Origin: Octopus vulgaris | Taxonomy: Eukaryota | Direction of reading: 5' to 3' | Assembly (NCBI GenBank): GCA_951406725.2 | Contig: OX597823.1 | Coordinates: 39,804,001 to 39,868,000 of the forward strand | DNA: 64,000 bases | Shown here: in pieces, positions 1 through 13,888 of the stretch | Numbering within the stretch: the first letter of the stretch is position 1 | Layout of the letters: each line of letters opens with the position of its first letter | The notes under the pieces: generated by a model | Database searches by the model: none | The model's input: the letters and a program-made list of their open reading frames with translations, nothing else | What the model was told of the DNA's origin: nothing | Position numbers and translations under genes: made by a program

Positions 1-63
1 AATGCTTGAGTGAACGAACAAAATTTCAGGATATAATTTTAAAATTCGGTAGTGGAACATATA

Positions 64-920
64 CAGGGTGCGATGGGTAAATTGTCGCCATTATATATTT
101 TTAATTTTGGGCATGTGCATTGTTAGTTTTTGATTTTGTTGTATACACAGTATAGTAGGGTCAGTTGGGCACCATCTGTGAGAAAATCATCACGATGCAA
201 TTTCCTCTCCCAGAAATTTGGAAACGACATGCTGTACAGCTTGACATTCGCGCCTGAAGCTCCAATACGAACACTTCAGAGTGTTTAGGTGTCACTCTAA
301 GGACATGTACCGAGAGTGATAAAAATCAAACATCCAATCAACAACATGGAGTTTGGAGTGATCACTAGTGATAGCAACGTTATGCTTCCATTCATCTTTC
401 TACATGGCCTCAGGTTCAATACGGAAGCCTACATCACGTGCCTAGAGAAGGTAGTGCTGTCCTGGGTCAAGAGAGTGGATGCTGGAAGACCCCTATGTCT
501 AGCAACAGGATTCTGCATCATGTCACACAAGGAGGAGTACCCAGTCATGGCTGTCAAACAATTTCTGCAGCCACATCACCCCTAACATCTGGCTACCTAA
601 CTCCCCAGACTGCAACCCCCTTGATCAGTATGTGTGGGGCACAGTTGAGTGAGAGACCAAAAAAACTCCTTGTAACACCAAACATGAACTGAAAGCAAGG
701 ATTATGGTAGCATTTACCAACTTAAACAATGAGACCGTCCAAAAGATTGCAGTAGATTCCGAAGTCGTCTGGAGTCCGTGGTTGAAGCCAATGGTGATTT
801 TATTGAATAAATTTATTCTTTAGTATTTCAAGATATTTTAATGTAATTTTGGTAAATCTGTTAAAATGGGATGTCAGTGTTTTATTGTTTTTTTTTCATT
901 ATTGCGTAATTTAGACGACG
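64..920 (+). mobile_element. Degenerate maT-type (DD37D-like) Tc1/mariner transposon; right end disrupted by a Helitron
   Basis: TA|CAGGGTGCGATGGGTAAATTGTCG left end. Frameshifted transposase blocks KHP..M.FGVITSD..MLPFIF..GLRFNTEAY..LEKVV..W, QQDSA (~504) and W.PNSPDCNPLD.YVWG (~590-640). Confidence 0.75.
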
Positions 921-926
921 AATATA

Positions 927-1299
927 TCTCTATATATATAAACGGCAAAATGTCTGTCTGTGTGTGTATATATCCTTTATACAAATCCACAATTTTTCAG
1001 TTAGAGGGCTCGCACTTTCTATAACACATTCAAAACCGTCCAAGGATGGTCGTGCACATCTTTACCTTTCCCCAGTCACCTCGCAAAGGCATTAAAAAAT
1101 CAATAGAAGTGACTTATTTATGAATTTTCTATCAAAAACCTAATCAAAATGCGCGAAACTTGATACGCCAATTGAATGCCAGCTAGCTGTATGTGATTGG
1201 TCGGAGATTTGGACAGTACTCGCGTGCATGTGCGCACGCACGCAGCTGTATATGCATGCACTTGCAATATGACCCGGCGTTGCCGGGTCATAGTACTAG
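927..1299 (+). mobile_element. Non-autonomous Helitron, family H1
   Basis: A|TC 5' end, subterminal hairpin ATGACCCGGC-GTT-GCCGGGTCAT (1269-1291), CTAG|T 3' end. Second copy at 36309-36673. Confidence 0.85.
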
Positions 1300-1628
1300 T
1301 ATATATATATATATACGCTGGAGTTGAACTAGGGACAGCTGATGAAGGGGATTTCTCCTTGTGTAGTTTGTCTTGTACTCTGTTTTTTCGTTGTTAAAAA
1401 AGCTCCGTTTCCATGTTTGTTTTTACGTTTTCGTTTCTTGTTGAGTTCTACGTCTATTTGTGGTGTCCTGTACTCACGTATATATATTTATATATGCATG
1501 TATATATACATGTAGATGTAGGTACGTACATATATGTATGTATGCATATATTTTATTTATTACACTATTGTATGACTGAGCGCCCTCGCATCGATTCAAT
1601 TCGTTTCGTTTCGTTTCATCTCCTCCAA

Positions 1629-1670
<42 letters not shown>

Positions 1671-1906
1671 GCATGTATGTATGTATGTATGTATGTATGT
1701 ATGTATGTATGCATGTATGTATGTAATAAACCGAGGGCATTTACACAGCGAATTTAAGTCAATACCTGGTTTCCTCATCTGAAATAAGACTAGCATTCGG
1801 AACGTTAAGCCTCTTTTCCTTCCTTTCAAGCGTTAAGCTAATACATAACTTGGTAAAACTTGTCCCTCTTGCGCTGTACTCTTTCATTGCTTTCGTTACA
1901 TATACA

Positions 1907-1937
<31 letters not shown>

Positions 1938-1985
1938 TTATACGTTACATACACACTCATATACATACATATATATATATATATA

Positions 1986-2182
1986 GTTGAAATTTACAGA
2001 AAAACAAAAGACGAATACAGGTGTATGAACAACAATCAGGTAGGTGTATTAGTTTGATGCTCGGGAAAATGAGAAAGTCCTTTACGTTTCGAGCCTACGC
2101 GCTTCAACAGAAAGGAATAAGAGAAAATAAACATGGAGAGAAAAAAAAACTTGGGGATTTAGTGATCAAGTATGGCGGCTGG

Positions 2183-2185
<3 letters not shown>
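1986..2185 (-). mobile_element. ~200 bp element in a (TA)n array with a degenerate hammerhead motif (Penelope pLTR/retrozyme-like)
   Basis: Minus strand 2116-2078 reads TCCTTT-CTGTTGA-A-GCGC-GTAG-GCTC-GAAA-CG-TA-AAGGA. Related to the element at 23906-24112. Confidence 0.55.
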
Positions 2186-2252
<67 letters not shown>

Positions 2253-2257
<5 letters not shown>

Positions 2258-3483
2258 GTTGCACAAAGTAATGGAAACGCCTAGCATCATAGCATCATAA
2301 TTTTGAAATATCTGTAAAACTATCAAAAGCTTGTTTATTTTTATGTTTTTGATTTATTATTAGTATTGCTTCATTTTTTTGCTAAAATTGCTGTTCCTTT
2401 TCAGATGTCATCAGAACAAGGTAATTATAATTCATTAAAATTACAGACCTATCGGACTTTCAAAGAAGTCAAATTGTTGGTGCTCGCATGGCCGAAACGT
2501 TTGGTGTATCAACAAGTACTGTCTCGAAAGTAATGACAGCCTTTGAGAAAGACGGAAAAACCTCCTCGTCAAAACAAGACTTCGGAAGAAACCAAAACTT
2601 TCAGATAGGGATCGTCAGACTCTTATGCAAATTTTTAGGAAGAATCACAAAAGTACAGCTTCCAAAATTACTGCAGAGCTTAATGACCATCTCGAGAACC
2701 CAGTTTCCACAAAAACTGTTCGCCGGGAGTTGCACAAAGCCGGGTTTCAGGGGAGGGCTGCATTCAGAAAAAAAACTACTTCCAAAAACAAACGTTGCAA
2801 AACATTTAGAGTGGAGTAAAAACATACAGAATTGGTCCCTAGAGCAGTGGAAGAATGACATTTTCTCGGACGAGTCATCCTTTGCCTTATTTCTGACCAC
2901 CAGCCAAGTATACGTATGGAGACAGCCAAAGAAGCATTTGACCCAGACTGCTTTCTTCCAACTGTTAAACATGGAGGCGGATCTATGATGATCTTGGGGG
3001 CTATATCTTGGAAATCTGCCAGCCCAATGGTTTCCCTTCATGGCAGAATTAATAGTCAAGACTATTTAAGCATTTTATCTGATCAAATTCATCCTATGGT
3101 TGTGGAGCTATTTCCGAAGGGAAACGCAATCTTTCAGGATGATAATGTGCAATTTACACTGCTAAAGTTGTTACTGAATGGCATGAGGAAAGTTCTAGTT
3201 ATCTGGCCACCACAGTCCCCAGATCTCAATATTATTGAACATTTATGTTGCATTTTAGAAAAACAAGTAAGGAGTCGATATCCTCCACCATCATCACTAC
3301 AAGAACTGGAAACTGTTTTAGCTGAGGAATGGACAAAAATTCCTTTGGAAACAATTCAAACTTTGTAGGAGCCCATAACTCGTAGAATTCAAGCTGTAAT
3401 TACTGCAAAAGGGGGTCCTACCTCATATTAAAATAAATTTGTTTGAAATTTTAAGGTGTTCCCAATATTCTGCCCAACCCCTG
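2253..3483 (+). mobile_element. Near full-length Tc1 (DD34E-type) transposon with frameshifted transposase
   Basis: Imperfect ~30 bp TIRs (GAGAGGTTGCACAAAGTAATGGAAACGCCT / AGGTGTTCCCAATATTCTGCCCAACCCCTG|TA). N-terminal HTH, FSDES, KHGGGSMM, FQDDN and WPPQSPDLNIIE motifs split over three frames. Confidence 0.93.
2441..3431 (+). pseudogene. Tc1 transposase pseudogene
   Basis: ORFs 2488-2988, 2625-2819 and 2916-3368 are consecutive pieces of one transposase broken by frameshifts and stops. Confidence 0.9.
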
Positions 3484-3751
3484 TACATATATATATATAT
3501 ATATTTATATATAATTTTGAATTGAATTGATTCTCGATTAAATTTAAATTTAATTGTAATTCGAATTTAATTTTAGCCACGAAACGTACGTAGTTTTTTA
3601 CTTATTATATATTCATTATTCATTTTTATACTTTTTGTGATCTAGTTATATGTTTTATAAAAATATATTTTATTTTTCATTTATGATTTGGTTTATGTCT
3701 ATCATTGTTTGAATTGTATAATAGTGTTTTTTTCTCTAATTTATATTTTAT

Positions 3752-3816
<65 letters not shown>

Positions 3817-3949
3817 GAAACGACGACGTTACTCTCCAGAGAAACGAAAGTAGGGAACACAACACAGCCTTGAGATTAAGAAGAATTGCAATATATTTTT
3901 AAGAGCGAAAGCGTTATAAAGCAAGGAAAAATTACAGGTCTGGCAACAT

Positions 3950-4200
3950 CTCCATCAATGGCCTGGTTATTTCTCCAATATCCGGTGACGAATGCTTGAA
4001 GCACCTTCAGACGGACGAACACACTAAGTTTATTAACACTTGCAAAAAAAGGAGCGCGTAACCAAGGACTGTTATACTAGAATGAACAAACTCTTGGTAG
4101 CCGGGACTCTGTTGTACAACAAATCAATGCCTTACAATAGGTTTGATGTAGCAGTAGTAATGTTAACATTGCAGCTAATTGATTGGAAGTCATGCCGACT
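3950..4200 (+). mobile_element. Degraded R4/Dong-like non-LTR retrotransposon fragment (post-RT region)
   Basis: KERVTKDCYTRMNKLL...YNKSMPYNRFDVAVVML..QLIDW resembles the R4/Dong block 'KEY..R..KIL.SELN..NK..AIN.FAVPV..YSFGIIDW'. Confidence 0.5.
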
Positions 4201-4486
4201 GCTTCCAGAAACGTCCACATCAATTGTGATATTGACCGTGTTTACCGAAAATGAGAACGAAGAAACATAAGCTTGTACATTGACTGACAATGTATTTGTA
4301 TCTCACTCTCTACATAATGATAAAGGATATCAGTGTCGGTTGATTTCTCCAGTCACGTTTTACTTCGTACCGAGAGAGGGAGAGAGAGCTGCCGCAAGAA
4401 GAGTGTCATATGACTTTCTGGAAAATATGAAGTTTTTTAATGAAGTTTTGCAGAAATAGATCTTTGATGCAATGAATTGCGATTAT

Positions 4487-4648
4487 CTTTTATCTTTTAC
4501 TTGTTTCAATCGTTAGCCTAGTACTTATTCTATCGGGATCTTTTGCCGAACTGCTAAGTTACGGGGACGTAAACATACCAGCATCGGTTGTCAAGCGAAG
4601 TAGGGGGACAAACACAGACACACAAACACACACACACACACACACACG

Positions 4649-4683
<35 letters not shown>

Positions 4684-4847
4684 GACGGGCTTCTTTCAGT
4701 TTCCGGCTACCAATTCCACTCACATGGTTTTGGTCGACCCGAGGCTATAGAAGAAGACACTTGCCCAAGGTGCCACGCAGTGGGACTGAACCCGGAACCA
4801 TGTGGCTGGTAAGCAAGCTACTTACCACACAGCCACTCCAACGCCTA
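4487..4847 (-). mobile_element. tRNA-derived SINE, family A
   Basis: Minus-strand head GGAGTGGCTGTGTGGTAAG...GGTTCCGGGTTCAGTCCC (A/B boxes), central CA/TA microsatellite and shared 3' tail. Many copies in the window. Confidence 0.85.
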
Positions 4848-5649
4848 TATCAACAGCATTTTCATAATTTTTTCCTAAACGTCCATGCTTGTTTTCAGAT
4901 TTATAGCTACTCCTTGTTTTATATGTTCTGCTTAATATAAGGCTTTCCTTTCATAAGTCCCAAGTTACTCTGGTGGTTAAAAAAATCGGTCACGTACATC
5001 ATATTTAATGCATGGACACCAGAGAAATATGTCCTGTGTGACCAGGCAAAAGTTCAATCCTCACCCTCCCCATTACTGATATAAATATTCAATTAATCTT
5101 CGTAATAGTCCGAAGGTGGTGAAGTAGTAGAAACAATGTTTATGTTACAAGCTCAAATCCCGTCAGTGGTGTCATCTTCACTGATCATTTCTCCAGGTTC
5201 AGTGCAATTAAAATTTCAGCTTTGTCTTGATTTAAACCAGAGATTTCCAAGCTACCGGTCGAAAGCGGGTGTTTCGTGCAGGCGACAAATGTACGGTGCC
5301 AAATGGACCGCTTTTGGCAAGAAGGACTGGTACTGTGGCTCGTAGGATAATTCGGAAAAAAATCGCAATGACAAAAATATTTCGTTGTTATTATGCAAAA
5401 GTGTCGTAAGCCCAAAACGTTCCCTTTTTTTTTAGAAAACGAAAAAGTAGTTTAACCATTCCATAGCAAAACAGCTGTACTACTACACTGACAATTTTTG
5501 ATATATTGGCATCTGAAGCAGCTGGAGATACGATAGTTTGACCAAAAGAACCAGCTATTGCAAGCAAAAATAAATATTGGAAAAAACTCATTTGGCCAAA
5601 TTTGGACATACGACAGTTTAATATAATAGCAACGGTTTTCTTTTGAAAT

Positions 5650-5866
5650 ATTGATTTCAAATTTTGGCACAAAGCCAGTAATTTCAGAGGAGTGGGGATA
5701 AGTCGATTACATCGAACCCAGTGCTCAACTGATACTTATTTTATCGACCCCGAAAGTATGAAAGGTAAACTTGACTTTGGTGGAATTTGAACTCAGAACG
5801 TAAAGTCGGACGAAATTCTGCTAAGCATTTAGCCCGGTATCCTGACGATTCTGCCAGCACGCCGCC
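5650..5866 (-). mobile_element. tRNA-derived SINE, family B
   Basis: Reverse complement of the 7687 and 8785 copies (GAGTTCAAAT B box; CCTTTCATCCTTTCGGGGTCGATAAA core). Confidence 0.8.
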
Positions 5867-6381
5867 GTCTTTCTTCTATGAAATATTAGATACAGAGTAC
5901 CTGAAAACACGACATGACTGGCCATGGCTGAAATCTTTTTCATTGTAGATTTGCTTAGTCATGACAAACACGAACTACACAACAACAACAACAACAAAAC
6001 AACAACAACAGCAACAGCAACAGCAGCAGCCGCAGCAGCAACAACGACAACATGTTAATATTAATTATTCAACTCCACTTCTCACAGCTTGATATCAGTA
6101 AAGTATTTTGTACCATTTGTATCATATAACTCAGCATTAGAAACAGGGCAACTGAGCGAAAATGACGTGGATGGTCACGGTGGGAATCGTTTTGATCGTC
6201 GGTCTACTTTATCAAGTTCGCCTTGGTCTAAACAGCTGCAGCAATAACAATATGTGTTGTTAATAGAATTTAATCAGATCCACTTTCGCCGTCTCGTTAC
6301 TGAGTATTACACGTAAGATGTCTCTCATTAAGGCTGGTTATTGTGATTCAACAGTGACTTAAACACAAATATAACCACAAA

Positions 6382-6382
<1 letters not shown>

Positions 6383-6435
<53 letters not shown>

Positions 6436-6836
6436 CATGGTGATGATGACAATGATGATGATGATGTTGTTGTTGTTGTTGCACAAGCTGAATAGACCCG
6501 GCCATTGTTTGGCTGATTGTTTCCTGAACGACATGATGGCCTTATAATTATATTACTTGACTTCGATGACAACAAATTACGATCAATGACGAATGCGATC
6601 ATAATGATGACGATAATGATGACGATGATGATAATAATTATAACAAGGAAGAGGAGGAAGAGGAGAACGACGACGACGACGACGACGACAACGACGAGGG
6701 TGGCGATGATGATAGTGACAGGAACGACGATGTCGCTGACAATGAGGATGATGATGTTGATGATGGTCATGATAAAAAGGAGGAAAACGGCGATGATGAC
6801 GGCGATTACGATGATGATGATGATGATGATGATGTC
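6383..6836. repeat. Compound trinucleotide microsatellite (GTT/GAT/GAC/GAG)
   Basis: Seen directly. Explains the poly-N/I/T/M ORFs. Confidence 0.95.
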
Positions 6837-7686
6837 CATTGATTCTCCATTCTCTCGAGAAGGGATGACATCACTGGAAAGGTTTTAATTTTGATCACTT
6901 CGAAAATTATTTCCGACTGACATTGCTGTTGAAACAGCGACCTCTGATTCCTGCTGCTGTTGCTAGTTCTGCTGCTGTTGAGCACCATGCTCGTTCTTTT
7001 TCTTTCTTTCTTGTTCCTCATATGGACCTTACAGTCACAAGTTTAACAGCTCATCTTTTCTCCTTTCACTGCTACTCTCATTATATTTGCTCCTGTATCC
7101 ACGACGAGACATGGCGCCGAAAGACCATGAAGTGGATCTTGCACGCATGAAGTGGATTCGATCCACCATAGCTAAATTTAAATTAACACTGCAACAGAAC
7201 TTCTCCGACAGTGGAACAATGGTTTTTCTCTGACAGCAGTTTTACATTTTCCAGATGCCTTTAGCTAGGCCGAAATAATGTCTTCACCACTTGACCCTTT
7301 CTAACCTCTTCTATTTCACCAAAAGCTAGAATAGAGGTAACAAGACCACCAACTAAATCTATTGTTCTAAATAATATATCTATCCTTCTGGATAGTGATA
7401 AAAGCAAGAATACCCCAAGCAAAAATCAGTCGGTGACAACGAAGTCTGGCTGACCAGCTAGAACCTTGGTCAGAGGGAGAAATGAAGTTTACTGTCAGCA
7501 ACTGTGAGACAACGTCCCACACCCTACAACTCAAACTAGCTCTAATTCTGTTCTCTTACAACATCATATTTCCCTATCTGTGGATTACTACTAACAATAT
7601 GTGTACGCCAAACTACACAAAAAAATTTTTCTTTCGCATGCTTTTGGATTTATCATAACCTGCCCGTCGAGGTATTGTAACGTAAC

Positions 7687-7918
7687 GGTGGCGAGCTGGC
7701 AGAAACGTTAGCACGCCGGGCGAAATGCTTAGCGGTATTTCGTCTACGTTACGTTGTGAGTTCAAATTCCGCCGAGGTCGACTTTGCCTTTCATCCTTTC
7801 GGGGTCGATAAATTAAGTACCAGTTACGCACTGGGGTCGATGTAATCGACTTAATACCTATGTCTGTCCTTGTTTGTCCCCTCTGTGTTTAGCCCCTTGT
7901 GGGTAGTAAAGAAATAGG
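7687..7918 (+). mobile_element. SINE family B, young copy
   Basis: GGTGGCGAGCTGGCAGAAACGTTAGCAC...GAGTTCAAATTCC...TGTGGGTAGTAAAGAAATAG. High identity to the 8785, 39637 and 61558 copies. Confidence 0.9.
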
Positions 7919-8784
7919 TAAATAAATATCTCCTTAAAACTTCATGAATTGTTCATCTTTCACATCTTACAACTTGCTGTCATAACAACAAATTTTTATC
8001 GCTACAACTGCTGACTCCGACATTTCTTAATATTGTTTACTAATCAATTTCTCCCGCTACAATTGGTGACGCTCGGCTTCAACTAAAAACTTTATCGTGA
8101 CAAATATTTATCGTTACAACCATATCGTTTTCAGAGGTTGTAAAGAATACCGCGAATAGATATCATTTCCCGTTATCTTTGCATTCATCACTCAGCCCTA
8201 TTTCACATGAAAGGTGACACTAAGTCAGCGATCGATATATCTGTCAACTCCTCTGACTGTCACCCTTGTACTGCACTGGCCTATGCATTGCTATATGAGT
8301 TTATGAGTAGGTGTATGTCACGCTATCTCTGCTTATCGTATCGCCTAAGCCTCGGCTATGAACACTAATCAGACGCTTCCGTATGCTTTGTCCCGATCGA
8401 TGGCCACCACACTGTTTTGAATATTGGCCATGGCTTCCTTCATCTGTCCGTTTGTGGGAATTACTAAGCGTTCGTCTCCTTTTTGCAAGGTAGAAGTATG
8501 TCACTTACACTTTTCTCCTTGTCCAGTTTTGGACAAAGCCCTCAGACAAGGAGACACACTCCTATGTGACACATCGTTGCTTAGAACTCTCTCTCTCTTT
8601 CCAGCGGTCACTATTGTTGATGATGAGAATGGAATGAAGACCGATGGTACTACAGCAGCAGCCTTGCTCTCTATGTTCTTACTGTATTCCCTGCAACGAC
8701 CTTCAGGTCTTGCTTCTACTGCTGTTTTCTAGTGATTCTTCTCACCTCTTTCTTTTTCTTTTACAAGAGAAAATAAAGAACAGC

Positions 8785-9015
8785 TGGCGATATACAGCAG
8801 AATCGTTAGCACGCCGGGCGAAATGCGTAGCCGTATTTCGTCTGCCGTTACGTTCTGAGTTCAAATCCCGCCGAGGTCGACTTTGCATTTCATCCTTTCG
8901 GGGTCGATAAATTAAGTACCAGTTACGCACTGGGGTCGATGTAATCGACTTAATCCGTTTGTCTGTCCTTGTTTGTCCCCTCTGTGTTTAGCCCCTTGTG
9001 GGTAATAAAGAAACA
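8785..9015 (+). mobile_element. SINE family B
   Basis: Near-identical to 7687-7918. Confidence 0.9.
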
Positions 9016-11067
9016 GATATACATCACAAAAGACGTATATCCAATGAGTTCGTGAAGGTGATACTCAGCAGAACTGTTAAGTACCTCAATGTCTATCAGT
9101 ACAAATAGGACTTCCACATACTTCGAAAGGTGAACTTGGAAATGTTCTTTCCGATGTATTATTTTCTCTTTTTCTAATTCTTCACGTTGTGATGAATGAG
9201 AAGTAGAAGGAACTTTACTGAAGAAAGACTACTTGGACACGTTGAGGATACAGTATGTTAGTGTGTTGCCAAAGTAATAACTGCAGTCTTGTCACGACAT
9301 GAAAAGCAACTCCCAAACATCCAGGCACTTAAAAAACACTTCAGAGCACTATTACAACAACACTATTTTTCCCATTCAGCCCGGACACGCATTAAGAACA
9401 AGATATTGACACAAACACAGCTGCTACAAATACCTGTGCTGAGACGCTCACCACAACAACGAATGCTGAGGAACAGCAACACGTATGCTTTGACCGGATT
9501 CATCTGCACCCCCACCCTCTGGTCACCACTAAACTCTTTCTATGTGGTTGCTCGACCTGCTAGAAATAGTAGCCAGATTCTACTTAAATCACATCCGACT
9601 GTTTTTAAAAAGGACACGTTGCATAATAAGACTTTCCATTGTCTGCACAGAAAAAAAAATACAATGGTCTCAGTTGGAATGAGTTTCATCATAGCTCTGC
9701 TCAACCAGTGTTGGCCTAGTACGCAAAATATGACACAAACTGTATGTATGTATGTATGTATGTATGTATGTATGTATGTATGTATGTATGTATGTATGTG
9801 TATGTATATATGTATATATGTATGTATGTATGTTTGTATGTATGTATGTATGTATGTATATATGTATGTATGTATGTATGTCATTATTCAGTTTCATTTC
9901 AAGATTTCTTGCCAATAGAGAAAGATCCGGCTTCTAATCTAGATCCAAGGCTCTTTCATTGGAATTTCAACAACATCAACAGGGTCTTCTTGTACGTTTG
10001 TAAAGGGTAATGGGTAAATGGTATGTCTGTTGATATTATTGGTAATGTAAGAACCAGCCAAGTGGAATTACAGAACTTAACTGTAGAAATATACTTTTTA
10101 TTTACCAGAAATCTAGTAAATGTGAGAGTTGATAGTAACTGTGAGAGCCCAAACGCTGCTAAGGACATTTCAACGTAAAAACCACAGCTGTTTAAAAAAT
10201 AATGCGGTCTGAATATTCAGCTTTCCCATCCTCACATAAATCACGAAACAGCCACGTGTTTAGTGTATGCTTTTTAACCGCGTTGACAATATTGATTAAT
10301 CATTCAGACAGCCTCCAGCGTAGTTTCCAACTGTTTCATAACCCATCCCGAGTGGTGGATCATATAATAGGTTTTTAGGTTTTAGCTTTAATGACTAAAG
10401 CTGAATAAAATACGTATTTCGTTTGATACATTAATCGAGGGTGTTTATTTTCAATTTATTATTCCAATTACATGAAGAGTTCGGATTAACTTATGATTTT
10501 AAACATTCATATTCTCTTTTATTATTTACTGATATTTTTATTTGATGGTTTCGAAAAGCGATAAATATTTTATACATTTGTTGCAATGATTCTGCTGAAT
10601 TTTGAACCTTCTCTCGCAGATCCAAACTTTAGAACCGCTGCCCAACTATATTGATATAAAAGCTAAAAATCAACTACGAGAAATAAACTGTCACCATAAA
10701 AGGCACTAAAGCCTTTGTGAACATGGTTCGATTAATCAGAATGGTTAGCGTATAACCAGATTACAGTAAACTTGAAAGTAAGTTTTGTGAATTTTCCAGC
10801 CAAATAATTTAATCGAAGGTTCAAAAAGTTCTGGCTGACTGTTATAAAAAGTTGGAGTATCACTCTTTGAGAACATCCTTAAATACTATCCAGAACTCAA
10901 TCAGTTTTTGTGATAAGGTGTTCTAATTTTTTTCTACTTATTCTGCCTTTAATAGCTATGAACAATTTTCATGTAAATAACTAAAATATCTCTTTATGCT
11001 ACGAACACTTTTAACTTTCACATTAACAATTTCATGTTTGTTGCTTTATTCAAATAATTGTTATACA

Positions 11068-11310
11068 TTTTTTTTTTTTTTTTTTTTTTTTTTTGTACTT
11101 GTTTCAGTCATTTGACTGCGGCCATGCTGGAGCACCGCCTTTAGAGTGGTGAAAGAGTACAGCAGGGATCACCACCTCCTGCCGGAGCCTCGTGGAGCTT
11201 TTAGGTGTTTTTTCGCTCAATAAACACACACAACACCCGGTCTGGGAATCGAAACCGCGATCCTCCGACCGCAAGTCCGCTGCCCTAACCACTAGGCCAT
11301 TGCGCCTCCA
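11068..11310 (-). mobile_element. tRNA-derived SINE, family D, with poly(A) tail
   Basis: Minus head GGAGGCGCAATGGCCTAGTGGTTAGGGCAGCGGAC...GTTTCGATTCCC. Same 3' tail as family A. Poly-T at 11068-11094. Confidence 0.85.
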
Positions 11311-11716
11311 CATGTATAAACAATCCAGGTAATAAAAAGAAATATGGAAACATATAAATATTAGTGTGATCGTTCTCATCTTCACACGCAGTCTGACTAA
11401 TGTCACATACTACCAACGGCGATTTAATGACTAAGAGCCTTGAGAAAATAAAAATGTTATTTTTTTAGAATATCTTTCAGGTATTATAGTATTAACATCC
11501 ACTTTTAATTGCAAAATGCATAAAATTTCTGATAAATTCGGAGTCGCTTGAGATTAACAGCCGTAACGGTATTGACTTTCGCTTCCACTATAAACCGAAA
11601 GTGACATAGAAACTGCATCAGTCCAAGCCGACACGCGACAGTTATAATTATAAATATTGTTTATACGTGACGACTATTAAATTTAATTAGACTGGCAATT
11701 ACCGTTTTATAGTATA

Positions 11717-12454
11717 CTAGCTGAATAGCCCATCGTTGCCGGGACATTTTTACAATAGAGTGTCTTATATAAATTGTTATTTATTCCATGTCAGAGCATG
11801 CCTTCCCCGATAGATAGGCCTCTTAATCAGGACAGATTTGTGCAATTTTTCGCCAAGAACTTCGTTGAGGATTATTTTCCTTTTTGAATTATTTTCATGT
11901 CTGTTCGACTGTTTCACATGACTTTATTCATTAAAACTTCAGACGTTCTTACAACTCTGGTCTTCGTAAAACTTCGCTTTCGTTTGTTTAATAAAAATTT
12001 CTCCTCCCAATGATTTTGTTTTCATTTCGTTATAGACAGCTATCATGCAGGAGATGTCAGCTTCAAAATCCTGTTTCTTGATTAGGTAAAATTGATTAAA
12101 CTTTAAACGTCAGTAACATTTTTCTGCAAATTTTCTGGAACAAATAAATTTAAAATATCAGATTTAACGTGGAAAATTATTTCACTATGCCAAATTTGGA
12201 AATTTTTTACGCAATTTTAAAATTTCACAATATGTGACAGCAACAGGGAAGACCCTACAAAAGTAAAGAGACAATCAGTTATAGGACGTGATACACAAAT
12301 ACGCACGCACACGCACACAGACACATTTACAAAGGTAATTACGAGTTTAAGATGGTGTATAGTAGACATATGTATGTATGTATGCATGTATGTATGTATG
12401 TATGTATGTATGTATGCATGTATGTATGTATGTATGTATGTACGTACGTACATT

Positions 12455-12507
<53 letters not shown>

Positions 12508-13126
12508 TGATGTGTGTGTCTGTGTCTGTGTCTGAGTGTTTCTTTGCAATGGACAGCAGAAAAGCTACCTATACCGTACTCTGAAAGCTACGTATTCTTC
12601 GCACACCCTTGTGTGTGTAGTATCTATGTATTTACGAAAGTATGTGTGCAGCGTCACGTGTATATGACAGCTATAGAAACGTTATCATCCCATTTTCACC
12701 GCTGTTCTCGCCTTCACTGATAGAAGTCACACTCTCTTACTCTGTCTTTCCCTCTCTCTCTATCTCTCTCTCTCTCTGTTACTACCTTATATGACAACTA
12801 TAGTAACGTTACCATCCCATTAACACTGCTGGTGTAGCCTTCACTAATAGATTTCATCCTCTCTATTACTATCTCTCTGTCAGACTAATACTTTTTCCAA
12901 CCTTCTCATTTTATCATATAATTCACCCAACGCCCCTGGGGTGGGGATGGGGCATATTATAGATTTTTATTGGAATCCAATTAGCCTAGTATTGACATGG
13001 ATGTTAGTGGAACATGTATGGAAAATTTCGTGAAGATCGGTTCGCTGGTTTAGGCACTAAGATAGTAACAGACAGACAGATAGACGGACGAACGGACAGA
13101 CAGACAGAATTTGCCATTTATATAGA
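11717..13126 (-). mobile_element. Non-autonomous Helitron, family H2
   Basis: Minus strand starts A|TCTATATAAATGGCAAATTCTGTCTGTCTG and ends CCCGGCAACGATGGG hairpin...CAGCTAG|T. Parts recur at 19661-19830 and 20257-20812. Confidence 0.8.
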
Positions 13127-13454
13127 TTCTATAAGCATAAAACACAAAGCCCAATTAAACTGATTTAATTGCAGTTTTATAGTGTACTTTATTACCATTG
13201 TTTACACTTAATGACTTCTGAGATAATAAAATAAACTTAATTACTATTTTATTGTACATTACATAATTTTATATATTATATTTCGAGTGTTAAAGCTTAA
13301 ATCTGGGATTTATGGTGAATGGGGGAACACTAACCGGTTCAGTTTGCCGATTATTTGTTTTGTTGCTTAAGTTGTATGTGGTTATGAATTGTGAAAGTGA
13401 ATGTGGACCGTTTTTAGATTCTTACACGATCTCTTCCTCTTAATTACTTTTTAT

Positions 13455-13888
13455 CCTTTATCTTTTACTTGTTTCATTCATTTGATTGCGGCCATGCTGG
13501 CGCACTGCTTTGAAGAGTGTTAGTGGAATAAAACATCCCCAGGACTTAATTTTTAAAAGCCCAGGATTTATTCTATCGGTCTTTTTTGCCGAATCGCTCA
13601 GTTATGGAGACGCAAACACACCAACACTGGTTTTCAAGCGGGGAGGGGTCAACACACACCCGCGCGCACATACGCACGCACATACACACATGCACCTCCC
13701 ACACCCAGACACACACACACATATATATGTGAGGCTTCTTTCAGTTTTTATCCACCAAATCCATTCACAAGGCTCTGGTCGGCTCGAGGCTATAGTAGAA
13801 GACATTTGCCCAAGGTATCACGCAGTGGGACTGAACCCAGAACCATGCGGTTGGGAAACAAGGTTCTTAACACACAACCACGCCTGTG
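13455..13888 (-). mobile_element. SINE family A
   Basis: Same head, microsatellite and tail layout as 4487 and 59751. Confidence 0.85.

Noticed and set aside
1339-1360. Hammerhead at CTGATGAAGGGGA...TCTCCTT
   Set aside because: No GAAA box or cleavage triplet follows.
6328-7021. Hydrophobic or homopolymeric ORFs that look like membrane proteins
   Set aside because: Trinucleotide microsatellite artefacts.
9289-9918. 209 aa ORF
   Set aside because: Runs through an interspersed repeat and (TATG)n, starts at a non-ATG codon and has no recognisable domain.
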